From positions 18,823-82,822 of the IMG/VR virus record IMGVR_UViG_3300037851_001014: DNA of 64,000 bases; one strand, 5' to 3'. Shown in pieces: positions 9,445-19,900 of this stretch (position 1 is its first letter; the number at the start of each line of letters is the position of its first letter). The DNA comes from a virus (Duplodnaviria > Caudoviricetes). The position numbers and the translations under genes were made by a program. The notes below the pieces were generated by a model. The model was not told the origin of the DNA. It saw nothing but the letters and a program-made list of their open reading frames with translations, and did not search any database.

Positions 9445-10503
9445 GTGACTAGCTGGATTATTAACGTCAACAAGATCCGCAACCTGTTCAAGACAGGTGC
9501 GGCTGGTACTGTCAATGGCCGCAACACGCAATCGCTGGCGACCGTGCTTGAGGACCTGGTGACAAGCCTGTCTGAACTGTACACCGGTGGAATGCTGCCG
9601 TACTCCGATGACGTGAGTTTGCCATCGGCCACTGGACTGACTTCTACCTTGTTCAGACGCTATCTGAACGCACCAGATGCCGCAAGCGCAACTGCTGTTC
9701 ATGCTGCCGCGAACCTAGCAGCAGATGCCCAGGATGTCGCAAGTAATATTACAAACCCAGACATTCCTCGCATCGTTACCGTAAAAGGCAATGTTTCCGG
9801 CATCGCCGGCAACGTTGTGATTACCGGAACCAACATCGCGGGGGCGGCAAAGACAGACACGATTGCCTTGAACGGTACAAGCGAAGTTCTTGGTGTCAAG
9901 GCCTTCAAGACCGTAACGAATATCAATTTGCCGGCGCGCACGCATACACCTGTTGCACAGGTGGAAACCGCCACTGCAGTTGGTACGATCACCGGAAGCG
10001 GCAACGCTGCTGTTGTTGTGACCGCAGCCGGTATGACCGGATCCCCCAAGACGCTGAACGTTGCTGTTCTGGAAAACGATACTGCAGCCACCTGGGCCGG
10101 CAAAGTGCGTACTGCACTTGGTCTCGACGCTGCAGTAACCGCTCTGTTTGCCGTATCCGGTTCTGGCGCAGAGATCATTTTGACCAAGCTGCTGCCCGCG
10201 GCCAACGACGCAACGCTGAATATCTCGCTGGACAATGGTACCTGCACAGGCATCACAACTGCCGCAACCTCAGCTGACACTGCCGCTGGTGTGCCTTATG
10301 ACACCGTATCAGTCGGCATCAGCAAGAAAATCGGCATGCCGGCAATCTTGCCCTATGCGGCCAACCTGCACCTGCACTACTTCGATGGCTCCAATGATGC
10401 CGGAGCACTCACAATCGACAGCGATGAGCTGGAGAAAAACGTGTATGAAGTAGCAGGCACGCCGGATGGCAGCAAGGAACTGGATCTCTACTTCTTCTTG
10501 TAA
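9445..10503 (+). CDS. Ala/Thr/Gly-rich structural protein, probable capsid decoration
   Basis: AAGGAG + GTG; follows the capsid gene; beta-rich composition. Confidence 0.6.
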   Translation: MTSWIINVNKIRNLFKTGAAGTVNGRNTQSLATVLEDLVTSLSELYTGGMLPYSDDVSLPSATGLTSTLFRRYLNAPDAASATAVHAAANLAADAQDVASNITNPDIPRIVTVKGNVSGIAGNVVITGTNIAGAAKTDTIALNGTSEVLGVKAFKTVTNINLPARTHTPVAQVETATAVGTITGSGNAAVVVTAAGMTGSPKTLNVAVLENDTAATWAGKVRTALGLDAAVTALFAVSGSGAEIILTKLLPAANDATLNISLDNGTCTGITTAATSADTAAGVPYDTVSVGISKKIGMPAILPYAANLHLHYFDGSNDAGALTIDSDELEKNVYEVAGTPDGSKELDLYFFL

Positions 10504-10506
10504 AAG

Positions 10507-11151
10507 ATGGCTACGCTCGCTGATCTCGTAAGCAAGGTGCGCAGGTTGATCGCTGATGAAAATTCGGCACTCTACTCTGATGCCCTGATAACCGATGGGC
10601 TTCTGACAGCAATCGATGCGATATTGCCGTGGATGCCCAAGCAACTCACGCAAGCCCTTGTCGGAGATGGTGTTGCGGTTTCGTTTGCGCTGCCGTCAAA
10701 CTGCTACAGAATTGTGGCGGTGCTCGACTCAAGCTCTGGTGCTTTTATCCCCGCTCTGCGCATGAACGCCTATGGTTCGCCTGGGGATAATCTAATGACA
10801 AACCAGGACTGGTGCGAGTATCCAGAGGGCTACGTGACGTTTGCTAATACAATTCAGGTCGATGAAAGCATGACTGTTTACTACTCAGCAGTGTGGCCAA
10901 AACCGTCAATCGGTTCAGATGTGATCTCTGTTCCGTCCTATGCACATCCCGCCCTGGCGTACTATGCTGCCAGCTACACCTTGTTGAACAAGGCTACGTC
11001 TGGCGCAAGTCTAAATCAGTGGGATCAGGCAGGCGTCGATAGTGGTACGCCCGTGATGAACCCGATGAAAGACATGTCCAGTTACTTCCTAGAGCGGTTT
11101 CGCATAGAAATGGATCGCTTGCCACATCGAATACGAGGAGCTCATGGCTAA
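10507..11151 (+). CDS. Head-tail adaptor (neck) protein
   Basis: N-terminal TLADLVSKVRRLIAD..YSDALI pattern; position. Confidence 0.7.
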   Translation: MATLADLVSKVRRLIADENSALYSDALITDGLLTAIDAILPWMPKQLTQALVGDGVAVSFALPSNCYRIVAVLDSSSGAFIPALRMNAYGSPGDNLMTNQDWCEYPEGYVTFANTIQVDESMTVYYSAVWPKPSIGSDVISVPSYAHPALAYYAASYTLLNKATSGASLNQWDQAGVDSGTPVMNPMKDMSSYFLERFRIEMDRLPHRIRGAHG

Positions 11152-11707
11152 TCATATCGTACCAATGGTCGTTGATCGTATCATAGAGGTTCTTCAAACA
11201 GTCCTCATTACCAATGTTGCGTTTGGCGACCCCACCCGTGTAGACTTGGTTAAGTCTGGTCGTATTCAGGCTGACCCAAGTGTGACTGGCCCGCTACGTA
11301 TCAGTGTAATGGGTGGCGACCCAGAAGATGTCAATCTTATGGACAAGATTGCCGACCCAGACAGCGATGATAACCGAATGGCTTTCACTATACCGGCCCG
11401 AGAAATCGGCGGTGGTGAAATGTGGTGGCACAAAGGCACGGTAAAACTAGAGCTCTTTTTCCTTCTAACGGCAAACGCTCCATCTGAGGAAGATGCGCGT
11501 GAGTACGCCTACACAATCCTCGGCAGAATAACAGACACATTTGCAGACGGTATCTTTGTCGGAGATCTATCCGATGACTTCGGCGAACATGCTGTGTTGC
11601 TACTTAGCACACAACACTCACTATTTCAGGCCGGAGGACCCTCAAACTCCTACCTCTGGAGAGGTAGAGTGGTTTGGGAGGCACTCGCGGAGCGCAATTC
11701 TCTATAA
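11144..11707 (+). CDS. Tail completion/terminator-like protein
   Basis: Position between adaptor and tail tube; acidic, 187 aa. Confidence 0.6.
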   Translation: MANHIVPMVVDRIIEVLQTVLITNVAFGDPTRVDLVKSGRIQADPSVTGPLRISVMGGDPEDVNLMDKIADPDSDDNRMAFTIPAREIGGGEMWWHKGTVKLELFFLLTANAPSEEDAREYAYTILGRITDTFADGIFVGDLSDDFGEHAVLLLSTQHSLFQAGGPSNSYLWRGRVVWEALAERNSL

Positions 11708-11719
11708 GGGAGAGTAAAT

Positions 11720-13105
11720 ATGGCTGTTACTGCACAAGCTGGGATTTTCGGGTTTGGACCTCAGGGACAGAAAGGCACCGAGGCGAGTACGTACTACAAG
11801 CACAAGGCGATGGATATCGACCTTGGGCCGATCGATGATACTCGTTTGGGTGCTCTGGAAATTGGCTCTGGGCCATTCCCGACCTTTCCATACAAAGCTG
11901 GCTATGTGGTCGCCGGAGGCGCTGACCTTCAACCTCGCCTGGAAGATACCCTGGGATGGCTGTTTTATGCAGCTATGGGTGATCTTTCTACTGTTCAGGT
12001 TGGTGGCGATGCTGCCTATGACCACACCTTCAAGCCTCTCGCGGCAGATCTGTCTGCAGTGAAATGGCTTTCTGCTCGGAAGTATATTCCGAAGAAAGAC
12101 AACAACGCAACGACTGATCTTGGCGAGAAATTCGTTGACTGCAAATTGCTGGGTATCAACCTGGCTTTCGAAAACGATCAACCGGTTCGTGCACGCCTCG
12201 ATTTTGAGGGACTGGCCTACGAACCCGTTCCGGATCCCTCCGGATGGGGATGGGGCAATGCTGCCTACGAGGACTACCAGTCCGTTCCGGTTGGCTGCGT
12301 CGCTGGCGGATACGTCAAGTTCACCGGCGCTGGCTTGACTGACGAAGCATTGCCCGTTGTTCGAGCAGCTGTGAGTATCCAGAACGTTCCCTTGGATCTT
12401 CGCCAAGAAAAGATCATTGGATCGCCAACCCCCGAGGACATCACTGTTGTCGAGCGGCGTGTAACTTTCGATCTTTTGGTGAAGTGGAACAAGCCTGATA
12501 TGTACTTAGCTGTTCAGACCAACGACTTCGACGGCACCGCCTGGAGCTCAACACCTTTGGTTGGTGAAGTCGAGTTGTACATGCTGGCATCGTCTGTTAT
12601 CGGCGCGACTTCTCACAAGTACGCCTTGACGATCAATGCCCCAGAAGTTATGATGCAGCTGAATGGGCCTCCGACGATGGCAGCCGGGCAGGCAGTTATG
12701 CTGCGCTTGCTGGGTACTGCAATCGAGCCCAGCTCCGGCAGCTACACGACCGTGGTCATTCGCAACGGCGTAACCTCCTACTCCTGGCCTGCCGGCGGCG
12801 TTGATGCCCTGGCTCTGGATAGCAGCGTTCCGACCGACGGTGGAACTGGCATCTCCGTGTCTGCCGATCAGACCCTCACCTTCAATAACCAACTCATCGA
12901 GAGCGCACCCACTCACGTGGTGTTGATGAAGGCCTCCGATGGCTCGATCGTTGCTAGTACCAAGACGCTCAGCGGCAGCCGCCTGGTTGTCACGATCAAC
13001 CCAACCAGCAACCTGAGTGCGTCCACCGAATACATCATCTCGTACGCGGTGGAGGACATCTACGGCCAAAGCCTGGTCGGTGCGATCAACTTCACGACTG
13101 CGTAA
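11720..13105 (+). CDS. Major tail tube protein with C-terminal Ig-like (Big_5-type) domain
   Basis: Tube-like N-terminus (GFGPQGQKGTEA..VAGGADLQPR); C-terminal SSVPTDGGTGISVSADQTLTFN..VTINPTSNLSASTEYII. Confidence 0.85.
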   Translation: MAVTAQAGIFGFGPQGQKGTEASTYYKHKAMDIDLGPIDDTRLGALEIGSGPFPTFPYKAGYVVAGGADLQPRLEDTLGWLFYAAMGDLSTVQVGGDAAYDHTFKPLAADLSAVKWLSARKYIPKKDNNATTDLGEKFVDCKLLGINLAFENDQPVRARLDFEGLAYEPVPDPSGWGWGNAAYEDYQSVPVGCVAGGYVKFTGAGLTDEALPVVRAAVSIQNVPLDLRQEKIIGSPTPEDITVVERRVTFDLLVKWNKPDMYLAVQTNDFDGTAWSSTPLVGEVELYMLASSVIGATSHKYALTINAPEVMMQLNGPPTMAAGQAVMLRLLGTAIEPSSGSYTTVVIRNGVTSYSWPAGGVDALALDSSVPTDGGTGISVSADQTLTFNNQLIESAPTHVVLMKASDGSIVASTKTLSGSRLVVTINPTSNLSASTEYIISYAVEDIYGQSLVGAINFTTA

Positions 13106-13119
13106 CCATACAGTCTTAA

Positions 13120-13147
13120 CCCTGGGGAGGCACGCTCCTCCCCAGGG
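13120..13147 (+). other. 11-bp GC-rich hairpin after the tail tube gene (no U-tract; mRNA stability or pausing element)
   Basis: CCCTGGGGAGG-cacgct-CCTCCCCAGGG. Confidence 0.6.
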
Positions 13148-13173
13148 ACAATCTTACACACACGAGGTAAACA

Positions 13174-13656
13174 ATGCCATTTACTGTAATTGCTCCGGAA
13201 CAAAAGACCTTTGTTCTTACCAGTCTCGATGCTTATGGGGCGGTTGATCCAGAACATCCCACAACCATATCGATTAAACAGGCACGAGTTAAACAGAACG
13301 CTGAGCGCTCACAGCTATTGAGCACCTTTAGAACAGAACGCGCTCGCAGCAAGGATGCTTACGGCGACGAGGTTGAGGCAACTGTTATCCAGTTGCCAGT
13401 GTATGACCTTGTTCTCAAAGAGATCTATCTGACAATGGTAGACTGCAATATCGGCACGCCGAACGGCAAGCCGCTTTTCACCTTTTCAAGGTCAAAAGAT
13501 GGCAGTTACCTGAACATGACCTGGGCAGCTTTTGCAGACGCAGCAGGCCTGCTGCCCGATGAGGCCCTTGAGGAAATCCACGGCAAGGTTATTGAGGTAA
13601 ACCCTCACTGGCGCATCAGTCAGGCAGACGAGGACTACAGCCTGGGGGAAGAATAG
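13174..13656 (+). CDS. Tail assembly chaperone (lambda gpG analogue)
   Basis: GAGG RBS; between tail tube and tape measure. Confidence 0.8.
   Translation: MPFTVIAPEQKTFVLTSLDAYGAVDPEHPTTISIKQARVKQNAERSQLLSTFRTERARSKDAYGDEVEATVIQLPVYDLVLKEIYLTMVDCNIGTPNGKPLFTFSRSKDGSYLNMTWAAFADAAGLLPDEALEEIHGKVIEVNPHWRISQADEDYSLGEE
13644..13650 (+). promoter_or_regulatory. Putative -1 programmed frameshift site GGGGGAA
   Basis: CTG GGG GAA GAA TAG at the end of the chaperone gene; the -1 frame is open into the 13668 ORF. Confidence 0.65.
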
Positions 13657-13667
13657 TATCCCGGAAA

Positions 13668-13973
13668 TTGCGTGAGCTCGAAGCAATTCTCTGGGACTAC
13701 TACGGGCAGCTAAACGAGATAGCTGCTGGCGTAAAGCCCAAGCCAGAAGATGTCATAGAGAAACCGGAAGCCTTGATGCGCTATGAGCAAGTCAGGGCAC
13801 TCAACATTCCTTACGTAGCCGGTGGCCTTGAGGATCAACCCTACATAACGCTCATGGAAGACGGCGTAGTTGAGATGTTTCTGAAAGCGTGGAAGGGAAT
13901 CCAGAAAAGGCAGGAGCAACAATGGCAGCAAGTATCGGACCACCAAGCGGAGAAGACTTTGCTAGGACCCTAG
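13668..13973 (+). CDS. Second tail chaperone frame (gpT analogue), probably made as a G-T fusion
   Basis: IPYVAGGLEDQP motif; no RBS before the TTG; -1 frame relative to the upstream gene. Confidence 0.75.
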   Translation: MRELEAILWDYYGQLNEIAAGVKPKPEDVIEKPEALMRYEQVRALNIPYVAGGLEDQPYITLMEDGVVEMFLKAWKGIQKRQEQQWQQVSDHQAEKTLLGP

Positions 13974-16900
13974 AAGAACTTATGGGGGACGAGTATCGTG
14001 TTCGCTATATGGGCGAAACCAGATACAATATTGTGCGCTCCAGCCCGCGAGGTGGGCCCAATGGGACTCCTGCTACCATTTCTGGGAACTTCAGTTTTGA
14101 CTTTTGGTCTGCGACTCGTTTCAAGAGCCAGTTTGGTGCAAATAAAGGTTCTGTTGAATATGCTCCGGTGGTGAAGCCAGATCCTTACGAAGAGAGAGGC
14201 TTTGTCGTTCCTGGTGGCATCACATCTGTTGTCGAGAGAAACGAGGAAGATAGAAAGAAGTATATCTCTTCTCACTTCGTAGAAAATCCAGTAACGAGGT
14301 TGGTAAACACACTGGTTTCTGCGTCTGATAGGACTCTTGAAGCAAGGGCGCGCGGCAGAGCAACCAGCACCTGGGAAGGCGCTGCCATGAACATTCTCTC
14401 CGAAGGGGCTCCTGGATCGGAAGAATATGCAGATGTAGCAGGCGGAACGCGGTTTGTAAATAGAAACAACATGTCGATGGTGCGTTCTGCATCAAACATG
14501 CTTATTCTGCAAACCATTACCCCAGAGGATGCCGGAAAAGACGAAAGGTCGATGCGTTCCAGCGCACTGGAATCGCTCAAGTCCTGGATTAGTACTCCGG
14601 CAGTGGCGCGCGATAGCGGAAATTTCCTGGCCTTCAACCAACTTGGTCTGGCGATTGGGCGCAAAAATGCCAATACACTGATACCTTATTCTCAGGGTTA
14701 TAGATCTGTAACTGATCCGTCCGGCCGCGAATACGCTGAAGTTTATCTCCCTGGCGACCCCTCTAAGTCGAGCAAACACTATAATGTCATGTACGGCCGA
14801 CGCGAGGGCGTTACGCCGTTAGATGCCACAGGTGTGCCAATTCAAGCAGGAGCTATTCGGGGCGCTCGGGGGTGGGGCATCAGGAGAACTACAGCAGATT
14901 ATCGTGGGCAGGTACCGCAAGAGAGTTGGATTGGTGGCTTGCTGATGACCAGGTCGCTGCCAATTCCGGGAACCGGACAGTATTTTCCACAGAATGTGTC
15001 TTCTGCTGGAATATCGTCTGTCGGGTTTGATACCGTGCGAGAATTGCCCGTAACCAGTGATATCGGCGGGCTTCTTTCCGGGACTGTCAAATACACACCC
15101 GCGTCCGACTTGATGGGCAGGCATCACCCCGGAATGACCAGAATGAGCTATGGCACACTGGAGGCACAGGGAGAGCTGCCAATTTCTCTCTCGACGAGAA
15201 ACAAGGCGGGCGGCTTCAGACCAAGTAATCAGCAGTTGGTGTTGCCGCAGTATTACGATCCAAAAACCGGCCTGGGTATGGTCTACAGCGAGGGAAACGC
15301 CAGGCTCGGGACAGAGATCACCGAGACACAGGCTGCGGCATTGTCCAAGTCGCTGGGAATTGACGTTCGGCTTGACCCCTTTTCTGATCGTGCGATGTGG
15401 CGTTCCGAGGGGTTCCTATCCACGGGCGCGAAAGTTGCCGGTCTTGGACTTAAGACGGCCTTGACCGCCATGCTTGGAAGACCGTCAATTGGGATTGGGA
15501 AAACTGATCTTCCTGTAGATATAGCCACCGGCGAAGTGAAGTCATTCCCCACGATGCTTCTTTCCAACTTTCCCACTCTTTCCAGGGCAAGGCAAGCCGA
15601 TCTTTTGCGTGAAACTGGCGCGCGCCTGAATAACCCCGCTTTCACACGAGCGGCGTCGCGTGTCCAGAAAGGCGGATATGGCGAAAGATTGGACATGGAA
15701 AGACTTGCAGAGGACATTTATGGCGTTGGAGCTCCAGTAAACGAGCTCATGAAAGAAGTTTACGGCACTGTCGTTCCCGGACTAGGAGAGAATCCTACCC
15801 AGGTGGAGATAGCCAGATACGCAGCGAGCGATGTTAATCTACGCAATCTTGAGCGGTACGGTATAGGGTTTATCGATCCCTCAATGGAAAGCAGGGGCGT
15901 TCGTGTTCCAGAGCTTAGTTGGCGTGTATCTAAGAAACAGTTCGTAGACCTTGAGCAGGCTTATCTTGCGGCAAACCGAGAGCGCGTTATAGCTGCCGGT
16001 GGCGATCCTAGGAAAATCTCTATCAAGGACGCACGCCAGGCCTTTTTGACAGAATATGGTCTGACGCCCGTGGCTAACGAGCCCGGGATGTGGCAAGCGC
16101 ACACTAAGGCAAGCGGTTTTTATATACGCGGGGCTTTGCCACTTGGGGTTGAGTGGTATGGTGCCGGACAAGTGCACGCAGAAGAGGCCCAGCTAGTCAA
16201 TGCTATCTCACCAGAATGGGCTTACCGACTTGGGATTGGGTTGACGCCAGGATCAAAAGGGCGCGGTGGGTATGACAGAAACATATCACCAACTCGACAG
16301 GCGAAAATACTTGCCGCAAAGACTGTTGCGGCAATGTACGCAGATACTCCAATGGGCATAGAGCATTCTGTTGTGACGGATACAATGGCCGGCAATCTGG
16401 TAGCAGATACTGATTTTATGGCCTTGCTGGAGAGAAAGCCAGATAATCCTGGTACTGTTGCCGACTTTGATATCGTAAGGGAAAGAATGCAGAGGGAGAT
16501 GGAGATTGCCTACGGGAATAAGGCAGCCAATGTGGACAAGGTTCCTTTGCAGTTCGGAGATCTTGAGGGCGCCTATCTCCTGCCTGCTGGATCAATCCGG
16601 GCCACTATGGCGGTGGATCAGGCTACAGGACAAGATCAAGCCAGACTTCTTGACAGATATTTAGGTACGCTTGGGCGCGCCTTGAGAGGGCAAGTAGCAG
16701 GCAAGCCAGGGGAAATTACGCATAGCCTGTATGGTCTCGCGGACACCTACGCCGAGTCGATGGGCGTAAGCTCACACACGAAAAGCGACATGGTAAAAGA
16801 TTTGATGGGTTCAGATCTCGGATGGTCTGTTGGTCGCTATGGCTGGGCAGGCGAGGTCCAGCAGCACCAAGTCACTGGCAGCAAGGCAGTCTGGCTGCAA

Positions 16901-19900
16901 CAGATCAGGGCAGAGATAGCTGAACAGGTTGGCGTTGATACAGAGAACAATCCGCTCACAGATGCCGAGATCGAGGAAATATATGGCAGTGTTGCAAATG
17001 TCTCTGCGTTTTCAGAGGGTGTTCCTGGCCTAGCAATGCGCTATCCAATCGTTGGCGGTTCCAAAGAATCTGCCCTGGGCGTTCGTTTTCTAACCCCCGA
17101 ACAAGCGCAAAAGCAAGGTGTCGCTACTGTGGATACCCCCTTTGGGGATTACTGGAACATATCTACCGGGTTGTCTTCTATTTTCCAGGGCGACTTCGAC
17201 TTAGATCAAATGGCGACGCTTATGGGTATAAAAGCGTATCGAGACAAAGGGGGCAAGCTACGCCATTCCTGGACGCAACTGGACGAGAAAGGCAATATCG
17301 ATCCAAAGTTAATGGCCTCTATCAACAGAAGCGCAACCATGAACTACCAGGACCTGCAGCGGAAAATGTTCCCATCGTCCGCTATGCAGAACAGGTTCAA
17401 CCCGCTTCTTGGAGCGTTCTCTGATCGGTTCGCCGGTCAGAATGTTGGAGATCTCGGTTTTTCGTACAGGTTGATGCGTAAGCAAATGGCCGCATCCAGA
17501 TTTTACAATATAGGCGAGCTGCTCACCGGAACGCATATTGTCCAGAAGGCAGCTGGCGAGGAAATGGGTGCGTCATACAACCTGACGCGTGCTCTTGAAT
17601 CGGCATCTATCATGTCTCGTTGGTCGACGGCAAGTATTCAAAAATCACGCGTCTCGCGTGCGCCAGTCTATCAGCCGTACCTTGACAAAAGCACGTCTAT
17701 TCCGGTATCGATGACTGAGATGTTTAGAACGGCGTATCTCAGCACTCCAGAAGGAGCAATGGCTCCTGAGCTTGGCTGGGCAACCCCAGAGGCTAAAGAG
17801 TTGTCTACCGAGCCTCAGTGGACAAAGAGAAAGATAGCACTGACTCCCGAGAATGCCATGCCGTTTCTGCGAGCTTTAACCGAATCTGCCGCGCGTCCTC
17901 ATGTTGTGCCTGGAAAGTTCGCTGATCTTCCATCGCCCAACCTGCTTGCCCGTGCCCTTGCGCCATACCCAGGGATGGCTTTTGGAACAATCAAGCCTAG
18001 GTACCTGAAAGCCTACAACAGCCAATTCAAGACATGGGAAGATCTTGTCGTAGGTGGTGGTACAGACGAGCAAATAGCACAGGCGGGAAAATTCTTCAAG
18101 GGCGTGCCACTGGAGGCAGCTATTAAATCTGCCCAGGAGGCTACCTGGGGACTTGGAGAGAGCGATCAAGACTTGCTGCTCGGCAGACGCACAAAAGGCA
18201 CTGCGGATGTAGTTGAGGCATGGTACAAACAGAACATTCCAGAAGATTTGCAACAGGTCTATGCCAGTACTCTTGCGCAGTCCATGATCGGAAAGGCCTA
18301 CTTCTCGGCGCAGGCTGATGCAACCAAGACGATACCATCCTCATGGGAAAAGTCTGATTTTGGGGCAGAGACTGTTCAACGGGCGCGCCGGTGGCGGGTT
18401 GGATACGACATGGCGCGTGGCATTGTCCCCGAAATGGGTGCGTTCAAGGAGACCTACGATTGGCTAAGTGGCATCGATAGAAGTGTGCGATCCCAGGGAG
18501 CGGAGCTTATCTTGCGCATGGGCAAGCTCTTTGGCGCAGCCGAGGCTGTACCTTTGTCAATGGCCGGCTCTCAGATGCTCTATGAGAAAGCAATGGCAGC
18601 TCCAATATCCTTGCGCTCAAGTACCTATGGCGATATCGGGAATCCTGTTTATACGAACAAGCTCGTCGGAGGGAACAAAAGAGTCGACTCGGGATTATAC
18701 TCGTCTGTTTTGAGCACGGTGGCGAGCACGCTCAATCTTGGCGGTATGGATGTTAATGCGCTGCAGGCTGCTTTCCTTCCAAGTGACGAACAAGGGCTTG
18801 CGCACATGAGACGCGGGAACAGGTTCGAAGACCGTCTCGCTAAAGTTGCTGGCGAAGCCATGTATCACAGCGGACTGTCTGGATACGCAAATCTTGGCTC
18901 GGGCGATCCAACGAAAGCGGTTTCGTCGGCTTTCTCTCTTGTTGAGGACATAGAGCTTGGGGACGGCCAAAGAACGACAGTCGTAATGCACGGAACGCCA
19001 GACTTTCTTCTCCCAATTGGCGGCAAACTGTACGAAGTTGAGACCAAGAATCCCCAAAAGCAGGCCGGTACGAAAGCTGCGCAGATGGAGAAGTACAAGG
19101 CGCAGACTGATATGGTTCGCTATATCATAGAGAAAAAGGTTGGTCGCATACTTAATCCAAATTTAGCGCAAGGCTTTAGGGACAAAGAGGCTGCCGAGCT
19201 TAGATCATCTTTGCGTTGGTATATGCCAGAAGAGCAGATTGATGAGGCATACGAAATGCTCCTCGCCCAGGGTGGCGCTGGCTCGATCTTGTTCAATGTT
19301 GGCGCTGACACAGATCTGTACAAAAGCATAATGCACGGGAAAATCGACAAAGCGCATGCTCAAGTCATGAAAGAAGTGGCGTCTGAAGATAGCCCGTATG
19401 TGGTCGAGAGGGTAGAACCTCTTGCGGGCGGACAATACGCAGAGCGTTTTGAGAAAAACAAAATGCGTGCTATCCGGGAAGTTTACAGCAAGCGCGGCGG
19501 TGTCCTCGAAGAGCTTGTTGGACTGTTGTCGCCTGCACAAAAGTTTCACAGAATGCGCCTTGGGCAAAACCCAGACCTGGCGACCACGTGGCAATCGAGA
19601 CGAGCAATGGATGTTCTTCAGCGCGCTCGGCATGGACTTCTGTCTCTTGGAAAATACTTCTACGATCTAAGGGAGGCGGCTCATGCCGCCAGCCCTGGAG
19701 CAACGAGAGCGGCAACTCCCGAGGAACAAGCCGCAGCTGCATCTACTCCTCCCCAGCCACCTCCAGTGGCACAAAACGCATCATCGCCGCGGGCACAAAC
19801 AGCAACCCCAGGAACAGCACCCGCAAGTCAGACACCAATTACCAACGCCGCAGATATGCCTATTGAGGAACTACGTGCACGGGCTAGCATGCTTGGATTA

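Noticed and set aside
13120-13147. Intrinsic terminator after the tail tube gene
   Set aside because: No U-tract follows, and downstream tail genes lack an obvious promoter; kept only as a hairpin.
17192-17206. DFDLD as a chance or Ca-binding DxDxD motif
   Set aside because: It follows RYP at a plausible spacing and co-occurs in the correct order with several other beta and beta' motifs.
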